From positions 41,383 through 105,382 of the forward strand of contig JBAZSF010000001.1 in assembly GCA_041662525.1 (NCBI GenBank): a DNA stretch of 64,000 nt, in the 5' to 3' direction. The notes beneath the pieces were generated by a model. The model saw only the letters and a program-made list of their open reading frames with translations, was not told the origin of the DNA and ran no database searches. Source of the DNA: Minisyncoccota bacterium. Lineage in GTDB: Bacteria > Patescibacteriota > Minisyncoccia > Phycocordibacterales > UBA9973. Below are positions 25,747 to 36,437 of the stretch, piece by piece. The translations under genes were made by a program, and so were the position numbers. Numbering within the stretch: the first letter of the stretch is position 1; every line of letters begins with the position of its first letter.

Positions 25747-27321
25747 TACCATATTATGAATGATATACAAATACTTGTTGTGGACTATGGGTCGCAATAT
25801 ACACTAGTTATCGGCAGAACTCTACGCGAGCTTGGTGTGCGAAGCATAATATTACCTCCAAATAAAGCAGACCAGTGGCTAAAAAATAATACTCCAAAGG
25901 CAGTTATCCTCTCTGGTAGTAATTGGAGCGTACACAACGAAGGAGCACCAAGTATTCCTCAGGCACTCGATACTACTGGTAGAAAATATTTAATTTTAGG
26001 AATTTGTTATGGTATGCAACTTCTAGCGCACAAGAATGGTGGCAAAGTAGAACGACCACTCGATCATCGTGAATATGGACCAGCCATGGTTACCTTAAAC
26101 ACCTTGCATCCGCTTTTTAAGGGAATTTCTAAAAAAACCCAAGTCTGGGCAAGTCACGGGGATACTGTAACCAAGCTTCCAAAAGATTTTGTTTCCATAG
26201 CTACGTCCGGCGGAAATGCTGCCATGAGCGACAAAACTAATAGTGTTCTAGGAATTCAATTTCATCCAGAAGTTGTGGACACCAATGAAGGTAAAAAAAT
26301 ATTACAGAATTTTTTGAATATGGCTAATTGTAAAAAAGATTGGAATCCCATAAATTTGATTCACGAAATTCAAAAAGAAGTTTTAGAAATTGTAGGAGAA
26401 AAACCCGCCTCGACTCGCGGAGGCTCGTCGACGCGAGGCGGGGATAAAGTTATTTTAGGAGTTTCAGGCGGAGTGGATTCTACTACTTTAGCTGCTGTCT
26501 TGGCTCCAGTCTTAGGGAGTAGGCTCGTTTGTGTGGCTATAGACACTGGAGGATTAAGACAAAATGAATTAGTAGAATTAAAAAATAATAGTAAAAACGC
26601 TGGCATAAAAAATCTTATAATAATTTCTGCTGAAACTGAATTTATAAAAAATATTGAAAAAACTATTGACGGAGAAGAGAAGAGAGCAAAATTTCGTACT
26701 GTTTATAAAAAAATATTTGAAGAACAAATAAAAAAAACGGGTGCAAAGTTTATAGTGCAAGGTACTTTGGCAACAGATATCATTGAAAGCGGTAAAGCAG
26801 GAGAGTCAGCCATGATAAAAACTCACCACAACGTAGGCCTTAACTGGAAAGTAGAGGATTTACATCCTTTTCGCAACTTATTTAAATATGAAGTTCGAGA
26901 ACTTGCTCGTGCACTCAAACTTCCAAAAGCTATCTCTGAGCGGAATCCTTTTCCAGGTCCTGGTTTATTTTTAAGAATTGTTGGTACACCGGTCTCAAAA
27001 GAAAAACTGGACCTCGTACGAGAAGCAGACAAAACCGTAGCGAATATATTAAAAAAATATGATGTTGCTAAAGACATTTCCCAACTCATCGTCGCCCTTC
27101 TCGGTGTCAATTCTGTCGGCGTAAAAGGTGATGAACGGGTTTATGGTCACTCCTTGGCTATCCGTGCCGTACAAACAGTAGATTTTATGACAGCTAAAGG
27201 TTATTATTTTTCGGAAGAAATTATAAATGAAATCACCAACTCTCTCACAAAACACAAAAACATAGTTCGTGTATTTTTTGATATGACTCCAAAACCTCCG
27301 GCCACAACAGAGTTTGAGTAA
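25747..27321 (+). CDS. guaA: GMP synthase (glutamine-hydrolysing)
   Basis: ILVVDYGSQYT GATase start, SGGVDSTTLA PP-loop. Start chosen at Met 25747 rather than the ORF-track 25666, which would overlap guaB. Confidence 0.9.
   Translation, partial: YHIMNDIQILVVDYGSQYTLVIGRTLRELGVRSIILPPNKADQWLKNNTPKAVILSGSNWSVHNEGAPSIPQALDTTGRKYLILGICYGMQLLAHKNGGKVERPLDHREYGPAMVTLNTLHPLFKGISKKTQVWASHGDTVTKLPKDFVSIATSGGNAAMSDKTNSVLGIQFHPEVVDTNEGKKILQNFLNMANCKKDWNPINLIHEIQKEVLEIVGEKPASTRGGSSTRGGDKVILGVSGGVDSTTLAAVLAPVLGSRLVCVAIDTGGLRQNELVELKNNSKNAGIKNLIIISAETEFIKNIEKTIDGEEKRAKFRTVYKKIFEEQIKKTGAKFIVQGTLATDIIESGKAGESAMIKTHHNVGLNWKVEDLHPFRNLFKYEVRELARALKLPKAISERNPFPGPGLFLRIVGTPVSKEKLDLVREADKTVANILKKYDVAKDISQLIVALLGVNSVGVKGDERVYGHSLAIRAVQTVDFMTAKGYYFSEEIINEITNSLTKHKNIVRVFFDMTPKPPATTEFE
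26404..26442. repeat. GC-rich palindromic element inserted in frame in guaA
   Basis: cccgcctcg-actcgcggaggctcgtcgacg-cgaggcggg (9-bp outer stem) encoding KPASTRGGSSTRGGDK. It lies between the GATase and ATP-PPase domains and is related to the dnaX element. Confidence 0.65.
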
Positions 27322-27352
27322 TATGCTATAATTTCTTTTCAAATATAAATTC

Positions 27353-28852
27353 ATGAATAAAAAAATAACAAAAAAAATTCAAAGTGCACTTATTTCAGTT
27401 TTTAATAAAGATGGGCTTGAAGAAATCATTAAACTTCTTGCTAAACATAATGTAAAAATTATTTCTACCGGTGGTACTGCAGAATTTATTCGTAAACTTA
27501 ACGTATCAGTGACTGAAGTAGAAGAAATCACAAATTACCCTGCTTTATTTGGAGGTAGAGTAAAAACACTTCAACCGCAAATTTTCGGTGGGATTTTAAA
27601 TCGCCGAGATAATATAAATGATCAGAAAGAAAAAGCAGAACACAAAATAGAAGACATAGATTTAGTAATCGTAGATCTATATCCATTTGAAGAAACCCTT
27701 GCAAGTGGTGCAAGTGAAGAAGAAATTATCGAAAAAATAGATATCGGTGGAATATCTTTAATCCGCGCGGCTGCCAAAAATTTTAATGATGTTGTAGTTA
27801 TTCCTTCAAAGAATCAATATAAGGAGCTTAAGCAGATATTAAAGAATGGTAATGAAACTAGTTTAGAAGAACGCAAAAAATTTGCCGGTGATGCATTTGA
27901 AATTACAAGTATTTACGACAAAGCTATTCGCGGATATTTTCAGGGGACAAAATTGCGTTATGGAGAAAATCCACATCAAAAAGCAGAATTTATAGGGATT
28001 TTAGAGGAAAGCTTCACCCAACTTCATGGCAAAGAACTTTCTTATAATAATCTCATAGATACAGAATCAGCTATCATGGCCGTATATGATTTTAAAGATC
28101 CGGCTTTCGCTATTGTGAAGCATATGAATACTTGCGGTCTGGCTGTTAGAGAAGAAGGCCATTTATTCGAGGCATACGAGGCAGCTTATAATGCAGACCC
28201 GCTCTCAGCTTTTGGTGGGATACTCGCAGCCAATAGAATCATCGAAGAAGATATTGCGAAACTTATAAAAGAACAAAAACTTTTTGTAGAAGTGATCATT
28301 GCGCCAGACTTTTCAAAAGAAGCTCTAAGTATATTAATGGAGAAAAAAGATTGTAGAATTTTAAAATGGAAAAATCCAATACTTTCACAAAAACAAAACC
28401 GCACTTGTTTTACAGGAATTCTTTCACAAGACCGAGACACTCACATAGAAACTGAAACAGATCTTAAAGTAGTCACTAAACGTGAACCAACAGAACAAGA
28501 AAAAAAAGATTTACTCATGGCCGCGGTAGTGACTAAGCATTTAAAATCTAATTCTATAGCTTTAGTTAAAGATGAAACACTTATCTCTATGGGTTGCGGG
28601 CAAACATCTCGTATTGATGCATTGACACAAGCTGTAGACAAAGCCAAAAAATTTAATTTTTCCTTAAAAGGTGCAGTGATGTCCTCAGAAGCATTTTTTC
28701 CTTTTCCTGATTGTATAGAGTTGGCGGGAGAAGAGGGTATAACTGCGGTAATTCATCCTGGAGGTTCAAAAAACGACCAAACTTCGATAGATATGGCTGA
28801 TAAATATAATATAGCAATGGCAACAACTGGTTTTCGGCATTTTAAACATTAA
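27353..28852 (+). CDS. purH: bifunctional AICAR transformylase / IMP cyclohydrolase
   Basis: N-terminal MGS-like domain (ALISVFNKDGL...ISTGGTA) plus AICARFT domain; 499 aa. Confidence 0.9.
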   Translation: MNKKITKKIQSALISVFNKDGLEEIIKLLAKHNVKIISTGGTAEFIRKLNVSVTEVEEITNYPALFGGRVKTLQPQIFGGILNRRDNINDQKEKAEHKIEDIDLVIVDLYPFEETLASGASEEEIIEKIDIGGISLIRAAAKNFNDVVVIPSKNQYKELKQILKNGNETSLEERKKFAGDAFEITSIYDKAIRGYFQGTKLRYGENPHQKAEFIGILEESFTQLHGKELSYNNLIDTESAIMAVYDFKDPAFAIVKHMNTCGLAVREEGHLFEAYEAAYNADPLSAFGGILAANRIIEEDIAKLIKEQKLFVEVIIAPDFSKEALSILMEKKDCRILKWKNPILSQKQNRTCFTGILSQDRDTHIETETDLKVVTKREPTEQEKKDLLMAAVVTKHLKSNSIALVKDETLISMGCGQTSRIDALTQAVDKAKKFNFSLKGAVMSSEAFFPFPDCIELAGEEGITAVIHPGGSKNDQTSIDMADKYNIAMATTGFRHFKH

Positions 28853-28863
28853 TTATTGTAAGA

Positions 28864-28892
28864 TTGACAGTTTATTCTAGGATATGTATATT
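28864..28892 (+). promoter_or_regulatory. near-consensus sigma70 promoter TTGACA-17-TATATT
   Basis: ttgacagtttattctaggatatgtatatt upstream of ORF 28978, which has the strong SD AGGGAGG. Confidence 0.5.
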
Positions 28893-28977
28893 GTAAATGA
28901 ATACATTAAGGGTACATTGCTGGGGTTTGCTAAAACAAATCCTTTTGACAAACAATATTTAACCAGGGAGGTTTCAG

Positions 28978-29358
28978 ATGAAAGATCAGATGGAAAATGA
29001 AGGTTATTCTTATTTTAAGCATACCTCAATACGTGAGTTATGCAATTTACTGGCAGTAAACGATGAAATGCCGATTCTCGACAAATCTTTGATGATACTA
29101 TTTTCTTCAGTATCAACGAGTAGCCTAGATTCGGATTTTGGAATACTCCTTAACCTTCACAAAAAATGCAAAAAGCATTTTGAAAAACTTTTAGGAATGA
29201 GAGGATCATTCTTCGAAGGTTTTATTTTGTTTATCAAATCAGAAAAGGAGGGAATGCTCGTCGGCATAGGAACCGATGAGAGGTTCTATGCTATTGCAGC
29301 ATGGGATAGCTATGAGTGTGATCTCTGGGAACCAGAAGAGATCATACACTATAATTAA
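28978..29358 (+). CDS. hypothetical protein (126 aa)
   Basis: Own promoter and SD, and terminated by a hairpin; no recognisable motif. Confidence 0.45.
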   Translation: MKDQMENEGYSYFKHTSIRELCNLLAVNDEMPILDKSLMILFSSVSTSSLDSDFGILLNLHKKCKKHFEKLLGMRGSFFEGFILFIKSEKEGMLVGIGTDERFYAIAAWDSYECDLWEPEEIIHYN

Positions 29359-29378
29359 TAACAGGTGAGACTATCGAA

Positions 29379-29424
29379 AGGCCAGCATGCTCCGGGAGGA
29401 AGTGTGCTGGCCTAATTTGTTTTA
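29379..29424 (+). terminator. rho-independent terminator
   Basis: aggccagca-(17)-tgctggcct followed by aatttgtttta. Confidence 0.6.
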
Positions 29425-29449
29425 TATTAAAAAAATGATAAGATAAAAT

Positions 29450-29968
29450 ATGGAAAAAAAATCTATTGTCGGCATAGTGATGGGGTCAGACTCAGATTTG
29501 GAGGTAATGGCAGAAACAGCGAAAGTTCTCGAAGAATTTAATGTACCCTATGAAATGACTGTGGCTTCTGCACACCGCAGCCCTGAATTAGTGCACAAAT
29601 ACACAACTAGTGCAAAAGCTCGAGGACTCAAAATGATCATAGCTGGAGCAGGAGGGGCAGCACATCTAGCAGGGGTTATTGCATCCCTCACAACCCTGCC
29701 TGTTGTTGGTGTACCTATTAAAACAAAAAATTTAGACGGCCTTGATTCAATTCTTTCTACTATCAATATGCCTCCAGGAATTCCAGTCGCAACCGTAGGG
29801 ATTAATTCTGCCAAAAATGCTGGGTTGTTAGCTGTTACCATCCTTGCCCTAAATGATAAAAATTTAGAAAAGAAATTAGTTACCTATAAAAATAAAATGA
29901 AGATTGAGGTTAAAATAAAAGGAGAAAAACTTTTAAAAATTGGATATAAAAAATATTTAAATAAATAA
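29450..29968 (+). CDS. purE: 5-(carboxyamino)imidazole ribonucleotide mutase
   Basis: VGIVMGSDSDL...ASAHRSPE...IAGAGGAAHLAG. Confidence 0.9.
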   Translation: MEKKSIVGIVMGSDSDLEVMAETAKVLEEFNVPYEMTVASAHRSPELVHKYTTSAKARGLKMIIAGAGGAAHLAGVIASLTTLPVVGVPIKTKNLDGLDSILSTINMPPGIPVATVGINSAKNAGLLAVTILALNDKNLEKKLVTYKNKMKIEVKIKGEKLLKIGYKKYLNK

Positions 29969-29969
29969 A

Positions 29970-31010
29970 ATGAGTGACTTGTATAAACAAGCTGGTGTAG
30001 ATATTGAAGCTGGTAATGAAGTCGTAAAACGAATAAAAAAAAGTGTGGCAAGCACTCACACTGATGCAGTGCTTACAAATATTGGGCACTTCGGTGGACT
30101 CTATGATTTAGGAGAAATTTTAAAGAATTACAAACACCCAATTTTAGTACAAAGTATTGACGGTGTAGGAACAAAACTCTTGATAGCTAAAATGGCCAAT
30201 AGATATGACTCCGTAGGGGAAGATATCGTCGGACACAGTTGTGGAGACATCTTAGCTATGGGTGCAAAGCCCATCACATTTTTAGACTATGTTGCTAATG
30301 AAAAACTCATTCCTGAAGAAATGGAGCAAATGGTTTCTGGCATGGCAAAAGCTTGCAGAGAAGCTGGAATAGCGATTATCGGCGGCGAAACCGCTGAAAT
30401 GCCAGGAGTGTATATGAAAGGAGAGCACGATATCGCTGGATGTATTACTGGCATAGTAGAAAAAGATAAAATAATAACTGGAGAAAAAATTAAAGAGGGA
30501 AATGTTATTCTCGGTCTTGCTTCATCAGGATTACACACAAATGGATTTTCATTAGCGAGAAAATTAATTTTTGAAAAAGCAGGACATTCTGTAGACGAAA
30601 AAATTCCTGAACTTGATATGACAGTAGGAGAGGCGCTTCTGCAAGTTCATACTAACTACACAAAACCAATACTAGAAATACTCGATTCGGGAATTGAAAT
30701 AAGGGGCATTGCGCACATAACCGGTGGAGGATTCATCGAAAATATTCCCCGCATTCTTCCTAACAGCTTGGACGCAGAAATAAAAAAAGATTCATGGCCC
30801 ATACTTCCAATTTTCTCTTTTATGCAAAGAATTGATAATATTAGTGAGCAAGAAATGTATACAGCATTCAACATGGGAATCGGAATGGTTTTGGTTTCTC
30901 CAATGTTAGAAAAAACAAAAATTGAAGAAATTTTTAAAAAATATCCAGATTTTAAAATTTACGAAATTGGTAAAATTATTAAAGGGGAAGGCAAGGTACA
31001 ATTAATATAA
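29970..31010 (+). CDS. purM: phosphoribosylformylglycinamidine cyclo-ligase (AIR synthetase)
   Basis: YKQAGVDIEAGNEVVKRIK N-terminus; PurM fold length. Confidence 0.9.
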   Translation: MSDLYKQAGVDIEAGNEVVKRIKKSVASTHTDAVLTNIGHFGGLYDLGEILKNYKHPILVQSIDGVGTKLLIAKMANRYDSVGEDIVGHSCGDILAMGAKPITFLDYVANEKLIPEEMEQMVSGMAKACREAGIAIIGGETAEMPGVYMKGEHDIAGCITGIVEKDKIITGEKIKEGNVILGLASSGLHTNGFSLARKLIFEKAGHSVDEKIPELDMTVGEALLQVHTNYTKPILEILDSGIEIRGIAHITGGGFIENIPRILPNSLDAEIKKDSWPILPIFSFMQRIDNISEQEMYTAFNMGIGMVLVSPMLEKTKIEEIFKKYPDFKIYEIGKIIKGEGKVQLI

Positions 31011-31024
31011 TTATTTTTAATAAA

Positions 31025-31960
31025 ATGAATATTTTAGAAAAAACAGATTTTAAAAATTTAGGTGAAAAATATATTGGCAAAGTCAGAGACGTATATACTC
31101 AAGATGATAAGGTTATTTTAATTTCTACTGACAGGTATTCGGCTTTTGATCGCAACTTGGCACTTATACCTTGTAAGGGGCAAGTACTTACACAAGTAAG
31201 TAAATTTTGGTTTGAAAATACGAAAGATATTGTGAAAAATCATGTTCTAGATTTCCCTGATCCAAATGTGGTTGTGGGTAAAAAATGTAAAGCAATTCCA
31301 GTAGAATTTGTAGTGCGAGGTTATATCACAGGGGTTACAAGTACATCTCTTTGGACGCATTACATGGAAGGTAAAAGAGATTTTGGTAATTTTGTCTTAC
31401 CTGATGGACTTAAAAAAAATCAAAAGCTAGAAGAACCTGTTTTTACCCCGACAACAAAAGATGAACATGATAGACCGATAACTCCAAAAGAAATTGTAGC
31501 TGAAGGGATACTTTCAGAAAAAATGATAGTGGAATTAGAAAGAATTGCTAAAGCTTTATTCAATCGAGGACAAGAAGTTGCTCTTGCTCACGGACTCATT
31601 TTAGTAGATACAAAATATGAATTCGGCTTAGATGAAAATAATGAAATAATATTGATAGATGAAATCCATACTCCAGATTCTTCTAGATATTGGCAAGCAG
31701 ATTCTTATCAAACTAAAATAGACCAAGGATTGGAACCAGAAAATTTTGATAAAGAATTTTTACGATTATGGTTTAAGAAAAATTGCGACCCTTATAAAGA
31801 CAAAGTCCTACCAGAAGCGCCAATTGATATGGTAAAAGAATTGTCTAGCCGATATATCCGAATTTGCGAACAAATTACTGGTATTCCTTTTAAAGTTGAA
31901 ATAGGAAACATAGAAAAAAGAATAGAAAATAATATTAAAAAATATAATTATGATAAATAA
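31025..31960 (+). CDS. purC: phosphoribosylaminoimidazole-succinocarboxamide synthase (long form)
   Basis: GKVRDVY...STDRYSAFDR SAICAR synthetase motifs; 311 aa. Confidence 0.85.
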   Translation: MNILEKTDFKNLGEKYIGKVRDVYTQDDKVILISTDRYSAFDRNLALIPCKGQVLTQVSKFWFENTKDIVKNHVLDFPDPNVVVGKKCKAIPVEFVVRGYITGVTSTSLWTHYMEGKRDFGNFVLPDGLKKNQKLEEPVFTPTTKDEHDRPITPKEIVAEGILSEKMIVELERIAKALFNRGQEVALAHGLILVDTKYEFGLDENNEIILIDEIHTPDSSRYWQADSYQTKIDQGLEPENFDKEFLRLWFKKNCDPYKDKVLPEAPIDMVKELSSRYIRICEQITGIPFKVEIGNIEKRIENNIKKYNYDK

Positions 31961-33311
31961 CGCAATAAACCCATTAGACGGAAGATACTTTGATAAAACT
32001 CGAGCTATCGCTCAATATTTTTCTGAGGAAGCTTTAATGAAATACAGAGTAATGGTGGAAGTTGAATATTTGATTGCTTTGTCAGAAAAAAAAATATTCC
32101 GCAAATTTACCCCAAGTGAAATAAAAATAATAAAAAATCTTTATGAAAAATTTGACGAAGTCTCCTATGGTGAAATTAAAAAAATAGAGACAACAACTAA
32201 TCATGACGTCAAAGCAGTTGAATATTTTATTAAGGAAAAGTTATCAGAAACATCTCTAAAAGATAGTATTGAGTGGGTGCATTTTGCTTTAACCTCAGAA
32301 GATACAAATAATTTGGCTTATGGATTGATTCTAAGTGAAGTTACTGCAAATATTTTGACGCCTAAATTAAAAGAAGTCAATCATGAGCTGAAGCTTTTAG
32401 TTAAACGTTATAAGGATTTACCTATGCTCGCACGCACCCACGGACAACCAGCCAGCCCTACGACTTTCGGTAAAGAAATGAATGTGTTTGCTTGTAGACT
32501 TGAACGAGGATTAGATCATTTACTCGGACAAAAAATTATGGTTAAACTTAATGGTGCTTCTGGAAATTATAACGCACACATAGTGGCTTTTCCTAAAATT
32601 GACTGGTTAAAATTTTCTAAAAATTTTGTTATTAATTTAAATAAAAATTTAATATTCAAATTAGAATTAAATGAAGCAACAACCCAAATCGAACCCCATG
32701 ACTCTTATATTGAACTCTTTGATCGTTTTAAAAGGATGAATAATATGCTCATTGATCTCAATCAAGACATGTGGAGATATATTTCTGATAATTGGATAAC
32801 TCAAAAAGCAAAGGAAGGAGAGGTAGGTTCTTCTACTATGCCACATAAAATAAATCCAATCGATTTTGAAAACAGCGAAGGAAACCTTGGTCTAGCAAAC
32901 GCACTTTTTGAATTTTTTGCTAGAAAATTGCCGATTTCACGTCTTCAACGAGACCTTTCGGATTCTACTGTAGAACGCGCTTTTGGCACGGCTTTCGGAC
33001 ATTCATATCTAGCTTACACTTCACTTCTTAAGGGATTAAGTAAAATTAGTGTGAATGAAATAAAGATAAAAGAAGATTTAAATAATCATCCAGAAGTAAT
33101 TGCTGAAGCTATCCAAACCATTTTGCGACGAGAAAAAGTAACTATGCCATATGAAAAATTAAAAGAATTGACTCGTGACAAACAAGTAACATTAATAGAC
33201 ATTCACAACTTTATAAAATCTCTAAACGTAGATGACAAAATAAAAAAGGAATTATTGACAATCACTCCAGAAAATTATATCGGTCTTGCTTCAAAACTCG
33301 CTTCCAAGTAA
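31950..33311 (+). CDS. purB: adenylosuccinate lyase
   Basis: PLDGRYFDKT N-terminus; fumarase/ASL signature-region GSSTMPHKINPIDFEN. Confidence 0.9.
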   Translation: MINNAINPLDGRYFDKTRAIAQYFSEEALMKYRVMVEVEYLIALSEKKIFRKFTPSEIKIIKNLYEKFDEVSYGEIKKIETTTNHDVKAVEYFIKEKLSETSLKDSIEWVHFALTSEDTNNLAYGLILSEVTANILTPKLKEVNHELKLLVKRYKDLPMLARTHGQPASPTTFGKEMNVFACRLERGLDHLLGQKIMVKLNGASGNYNAHIVAFPKIDWLKFSKNFVINLNKNLIFKLELNEATTQIEPHDSYIELFDRFKRMNNMLIDLNQDMWRYISDNWITQKAKEGEVGSSTMPHKINPIDFENSEGNLGLANALFEFFARKLPISRLQRDLSDSTVERAFGTAFGHSYLAYTSLLKGLSKISVNEIKIKEDLNNHPEVIAEAIQTILRREKVTMPYEKLKELTRDKQVTLIDIHNFIKSLNVDDKIKKELLTITPENYIGLASKLASK

Positions 33312-33320
33312 GATAGGGGG

Positions 33321-33593
33321 ATGGTATACCGTATATTAGCTTCCGTTTTACTTTTATTTTCAATACTTTTTATGCCTTTATGGGTGTCAGCTATTTTGGC
33401 ACTTGGAGGTATGGTTTATTTTAATATTTTTTGGGAAGCAGTCCCGCTATTTCTTTTGTCAGACTTACTTTATGGGGTAAAAGAAATAAAATTTAATAAT
33501 ATAATTTTTATTTCTTTTATTGCATCAATTATTATCCTAATAATCATAGAAATTATAAAAAAGAAACTTAAATTTTACCCAAGCCGCGCTTAA
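33321..33593 (+). CDS. small membrane protein, unknown
   Basis: 90 aa with 3 hydrophobic helices. Confidence 0.35.
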   Translation: MVYRILASVLLLFSILFMPLWVSAILALGGMVYFNIFWEAVPLFLLSDLLYGVKEIKFNNIIFISFIASIIILIIIEIIKKKLKFYPSRA

Positions 33594-33628
33594 AGGACGA
33601 TTGCGCGGCATGATTTCGCTAAATCAAC
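33583..33628. repeat. conserved hairpin element GCCGCGC-(13)-GCGCGGC + CATGATTTCGCTAAATCAA immediately 5' of the mrdA ATG; homolog of 18749
   Basis: Left arm overlaps the last codons and stop of the upstream ORF; the 3' tail is identical to the purQ copy apart from 2 nt. Confidence 0.65.
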
Positions 33629-35356
33629 ATGATAACAAGAATAATTAAAAAGAATAAATTAAAACACAAGAATTCCTTTGTAGAGCCCGATGAAATTTTT
33701 CTGGATTCAAAAAATTTACAAAATTTTGATCGTCAGCAATTTGAAGGAAGAATCGAACGCCCAATTTTAAAAAAAACTATTCTGATGTTGGGTATTTTGT
33801 TTTTATTTTTTACTGGAATTTTCGGGGCTCGTCTTGCTTATCTTCAAATTCAAAAAGGCCAAGCATATTTCAACCGAAGCCAAAATAATATGTTAGAAAA
33901 AACTATTATATTTACTGGTAGAGGTATTATTTACGACCGGAATAAAAAAGAACTAGTGTGGAATAAAAAAGAAAACCCAGGAACTGATGTGCTCAGAGAG
34001 AGTTCAGTTTCTCGTCCTCCCACTCGTGCATATTTATCACCAGGATTCTCACATCTTTTGGGTTATGTGAGTTATCCATCAAAAGACGATTCAGGTAACT
34101 ATTGGCAAGGTGAATTCATAGGCAAAGATGGATTAGAGAAAGAATATAATGATTTACTTAAAGGAGAAAACGGAGCAAAAATAATTGAAACAGATGCCTT
34201 AAAAAAAATATATTCAGAAAATATTGTAAATGCTCCGAAGCAGGGAAATGATCTAGTGACGACGATTGATGCCCGGGTGCAAGGAGAATTATTTAATCTT
34301 ATTAAAAATCTTTCAACTGATAGAACTTTTAATGGTGGGGGAGGAGTAATAATGGATGCTACAAATGGAGAGATAATAACTACTACGAGTTTTCCTGAAT
34401 ATAATTCCGAAATTCTTTCATTTGGAAAAGATGTATCGACTATTAATAGCTATCTCACTGACAAAAGAAAAGTTTTTGTAGATAAAAATATTTCAGGACT
34501 TTATACTCCTGGATCAATCGTAAAGCCCTTTTTTGCTTTAGGGGCTCTGACAGAAGGTGTAATTGATCCCTATAAAAAAATACTTTCTACAGGTTCTATT
34601 TCTATTCCTAACCCTTACTTAAAAGATCAAAAAACTATTTTTAAAGATTGGCAAGTAAATGGCTGGACAAATATGATGGAGGCAATAGCAGTATCTTCAG
34701 ATATTTATTTTTATGAAATTGGAGGAGGATTTGAAGACCAAAAAGGACTTGGTATAGCAAATATAGAAAAATATGCCAAACTTTTTGGCTTTGGAGATAA
34801 AACTGGAGTTGACCTTCCCGACGAAAAAAAGGGAACAATCCCAAGCCCAGAATGGAAAGCGTTAAACTTTAAAAATGATCCTTGGCGTGTTGGGGACACT
34901 TATCATACTGCCATCGGACAATATGGTTTCCAAGTAACTCCAATGGAAATGGCTCGAGCGGTAGGAGCTATTGCAAACAATGGAAAATTATTAACTCCAC
35001 ACTTGATATTAAATGATACTGTAAAAGAAAATCAAAATACTATAATAAATTTAAATAAAGAATATTTTGACACTATCCACCTTGGTATGAGAATGGCTGT
35101 AACTTCTGGAACTGCTGTCTCACTAAATATACCCTATGTACAAGTCGCTGCTAAAACTGGTACAGCCCAAGTTGGTCTAGCAAAAAATAAAGTGAACTCT
35201 TGGGTCATCGGTTTTTTCCCATACGATAATCCTAAATACGCTTTTGCAATAATGATGGAAGCAGGACCATCTTCTACTGGAACTGGTGCAGCTGCTTCTA
35301 TTATGCGTCAACTTTTAGATTGGATGTTCATCAATACTCCAGAGTACTTTAAATAA
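33629..35356 (+). CDS. mrdA: penicillin-binding protein 2 (peptidoglycan D,D-transpeptidase)
   Basis: SIVKPF (SxxK), SSD (SxN) and KTGTAQV (KTG) motifs; N-terminal TM anchor. Confidence 0.85.
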   Translation: MITRIIKKNKLKHKNSFVEPDEIFLDSKNLQNFDRQQFEGRIERPILKKTILMLGILFLFFTGIFGARLAYLQIQKGQAYFNRSQNNMLEKTIIFTGRGIIYDRNKKELVWNKKENPGTDVLRESSVSRPPTRAYLSPGFSHLLGYVSYPSKDDSGNYWQGEFIGKDGLEKEYNDLLKGENGAKIIETDALKKIYSENIVNAPKQGNDLVTTIDARVQGELFNLIKNLSTDRTFNGGGGVIMDATNGEIITTTSFPEYNSEILSFGKDVSTINSYLTDKRKVFVDKNISGLYTPGSIVKPFFALGALTEGVIDPYKKILSTGSISIPNPYLKDQKTIFKDWQVNGWTNMMEAIAVSSDIYFYEIGGGFEDQKGLGIANIEKYAKLFGFGDKTGVDLPDEKKGTIPSPEWKALNFKNDPWRVGDTYHTAIGQYGFQVTPMEMARAVGAIANNGKLLTPHLILNDTVKENQNTIINLNKEYFDTIHLGMRMAVTSGTAVSLNIPYVQVAAKTGTAQVGLAKNKVNSWVIGFFPYDNPKYAFAIMMEAGPSSTGTGAAASIMRQLLDWMFINTPEYFK

Positions 35357-35391
35357 TTAGATTTTTCATAGTTTATTGTTATAATATAACA

Positions 35392-36411
35392 ATGTTCTCT
35401 TGGCTTAAAAAACACTTCATTCCACACGAAGGAAATGAACATCGTCCACATATTTTGCGTAGCGGTAGTATTCGCAATATCGTTATTGTTATTATTTTCT
35501 TAGAAATAATAACTTTTCTTTTACCGACATTTACTCATTTAAATACAACTGTAAATATGGCGGCTGTTTTGCCAGCAGTCTTGGCTGATCTTACTAATAC
35601 TGAACGACAATCCCAAAATCTTCCAACTCTTACCGTTAACCCGGTCTTAAACAAAGCGGCAGAAATGAAAGCGACAGACATGGCAACAAAGAGTTACTTT
35701 GCTCACACTAGCCCGGAAGGAAAAACTCCTTGGTATTGGCTCACTCAAGTGGAATATAAATACCAATACGCTGGTGAAAATCTAGCTATTAATTTTAGTG
35801 ATTCAAAAGATGTGACAAATGCTTGGATGGCAAGTCCTACCCATAAAGCAAATATCGTGAAAGGAAACTATACAGAAATAGGCACCGGTATTGCTAGAGG
35901 TATCTATGAAGGTAGGGAAACAATATTTGTAGCACAAGTGTATGCAAATCCTTTACCTGTATCTAACGTAGTAGCGCAAATTGAACCTGAAAAAATAATA
36001 ACTAAGCCTGTGAATACAACACCCAAGGTCGTCGTCACAAAAGAACCAGAAAATGTTCTTGGAGTAGAGATCACCACCCCTAGCGAAACCCCAGCAAAAA
36101 CAGGGGAAGTAACTAATACAGAAAATATCCAAAACATTCCTTCTAACCCAATTCAAAATCCTACCTTCTGGCAAAAATTGATTTCTTCTCCTCGAAACAA
36201 TATGAACATAATTCTTTATATTATTTTTGGAATAGTTTTTATTGCTTTGCTTTTCTATATTCTTCTAAAAATAAAAAATTATCATATTGACCTAATAACA
36301 AATGGATTAATAGTTTTGTCTATCATTGGAGTAATTTTTATTTTTAATTATTATTTAACCCATCACAATATGGTCATCACTCAAAGTTTAGATTATTCAA
36401 GTGAGTCTTAG
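35392..36411 (+). CDS. CAP (SCP/PR-1-like) domain protein with N- and C-terminal TM segments
   Basis: YFAHTSPEG...GENLAINFSD...NAWMASPTHKANI...GNYTEIG resembles CAP signatures; hydrophobic segments at both ends. Confidence 0.6.
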   Translation: MFSWLKKHFIPHEGNEHRPHILRSGSIRNIVIVIIFLEIITFLLPTFTHLNTTVNMAAVLPAVLADLTNTERQSQNLPTLTVNPVLNKAAEMKATDMATKSYFAHTSPEGKTPWYWLTQVEYKYQYAGENLAINFSDSKDVTNAWMASPTHKANIVKGNYTEIGTGIARGIYEGRETIFVAQVYANPLPVSNVVAQIEPEKIITKPVNTTPKVVVTKEPENVLGVEITTPSETPAKTGEVTNTENIQNIPSNPIQNPTFWQKLISSPRNNMNIILYIIFGIVFIALLFYILLKIKNYHIDLITNGLIVLSIIGVIFIFNYYLTHHNMVITQSLDYSSES

Positions 36412-36437
36412 AGATTATTGTGATATAATTAATATAA

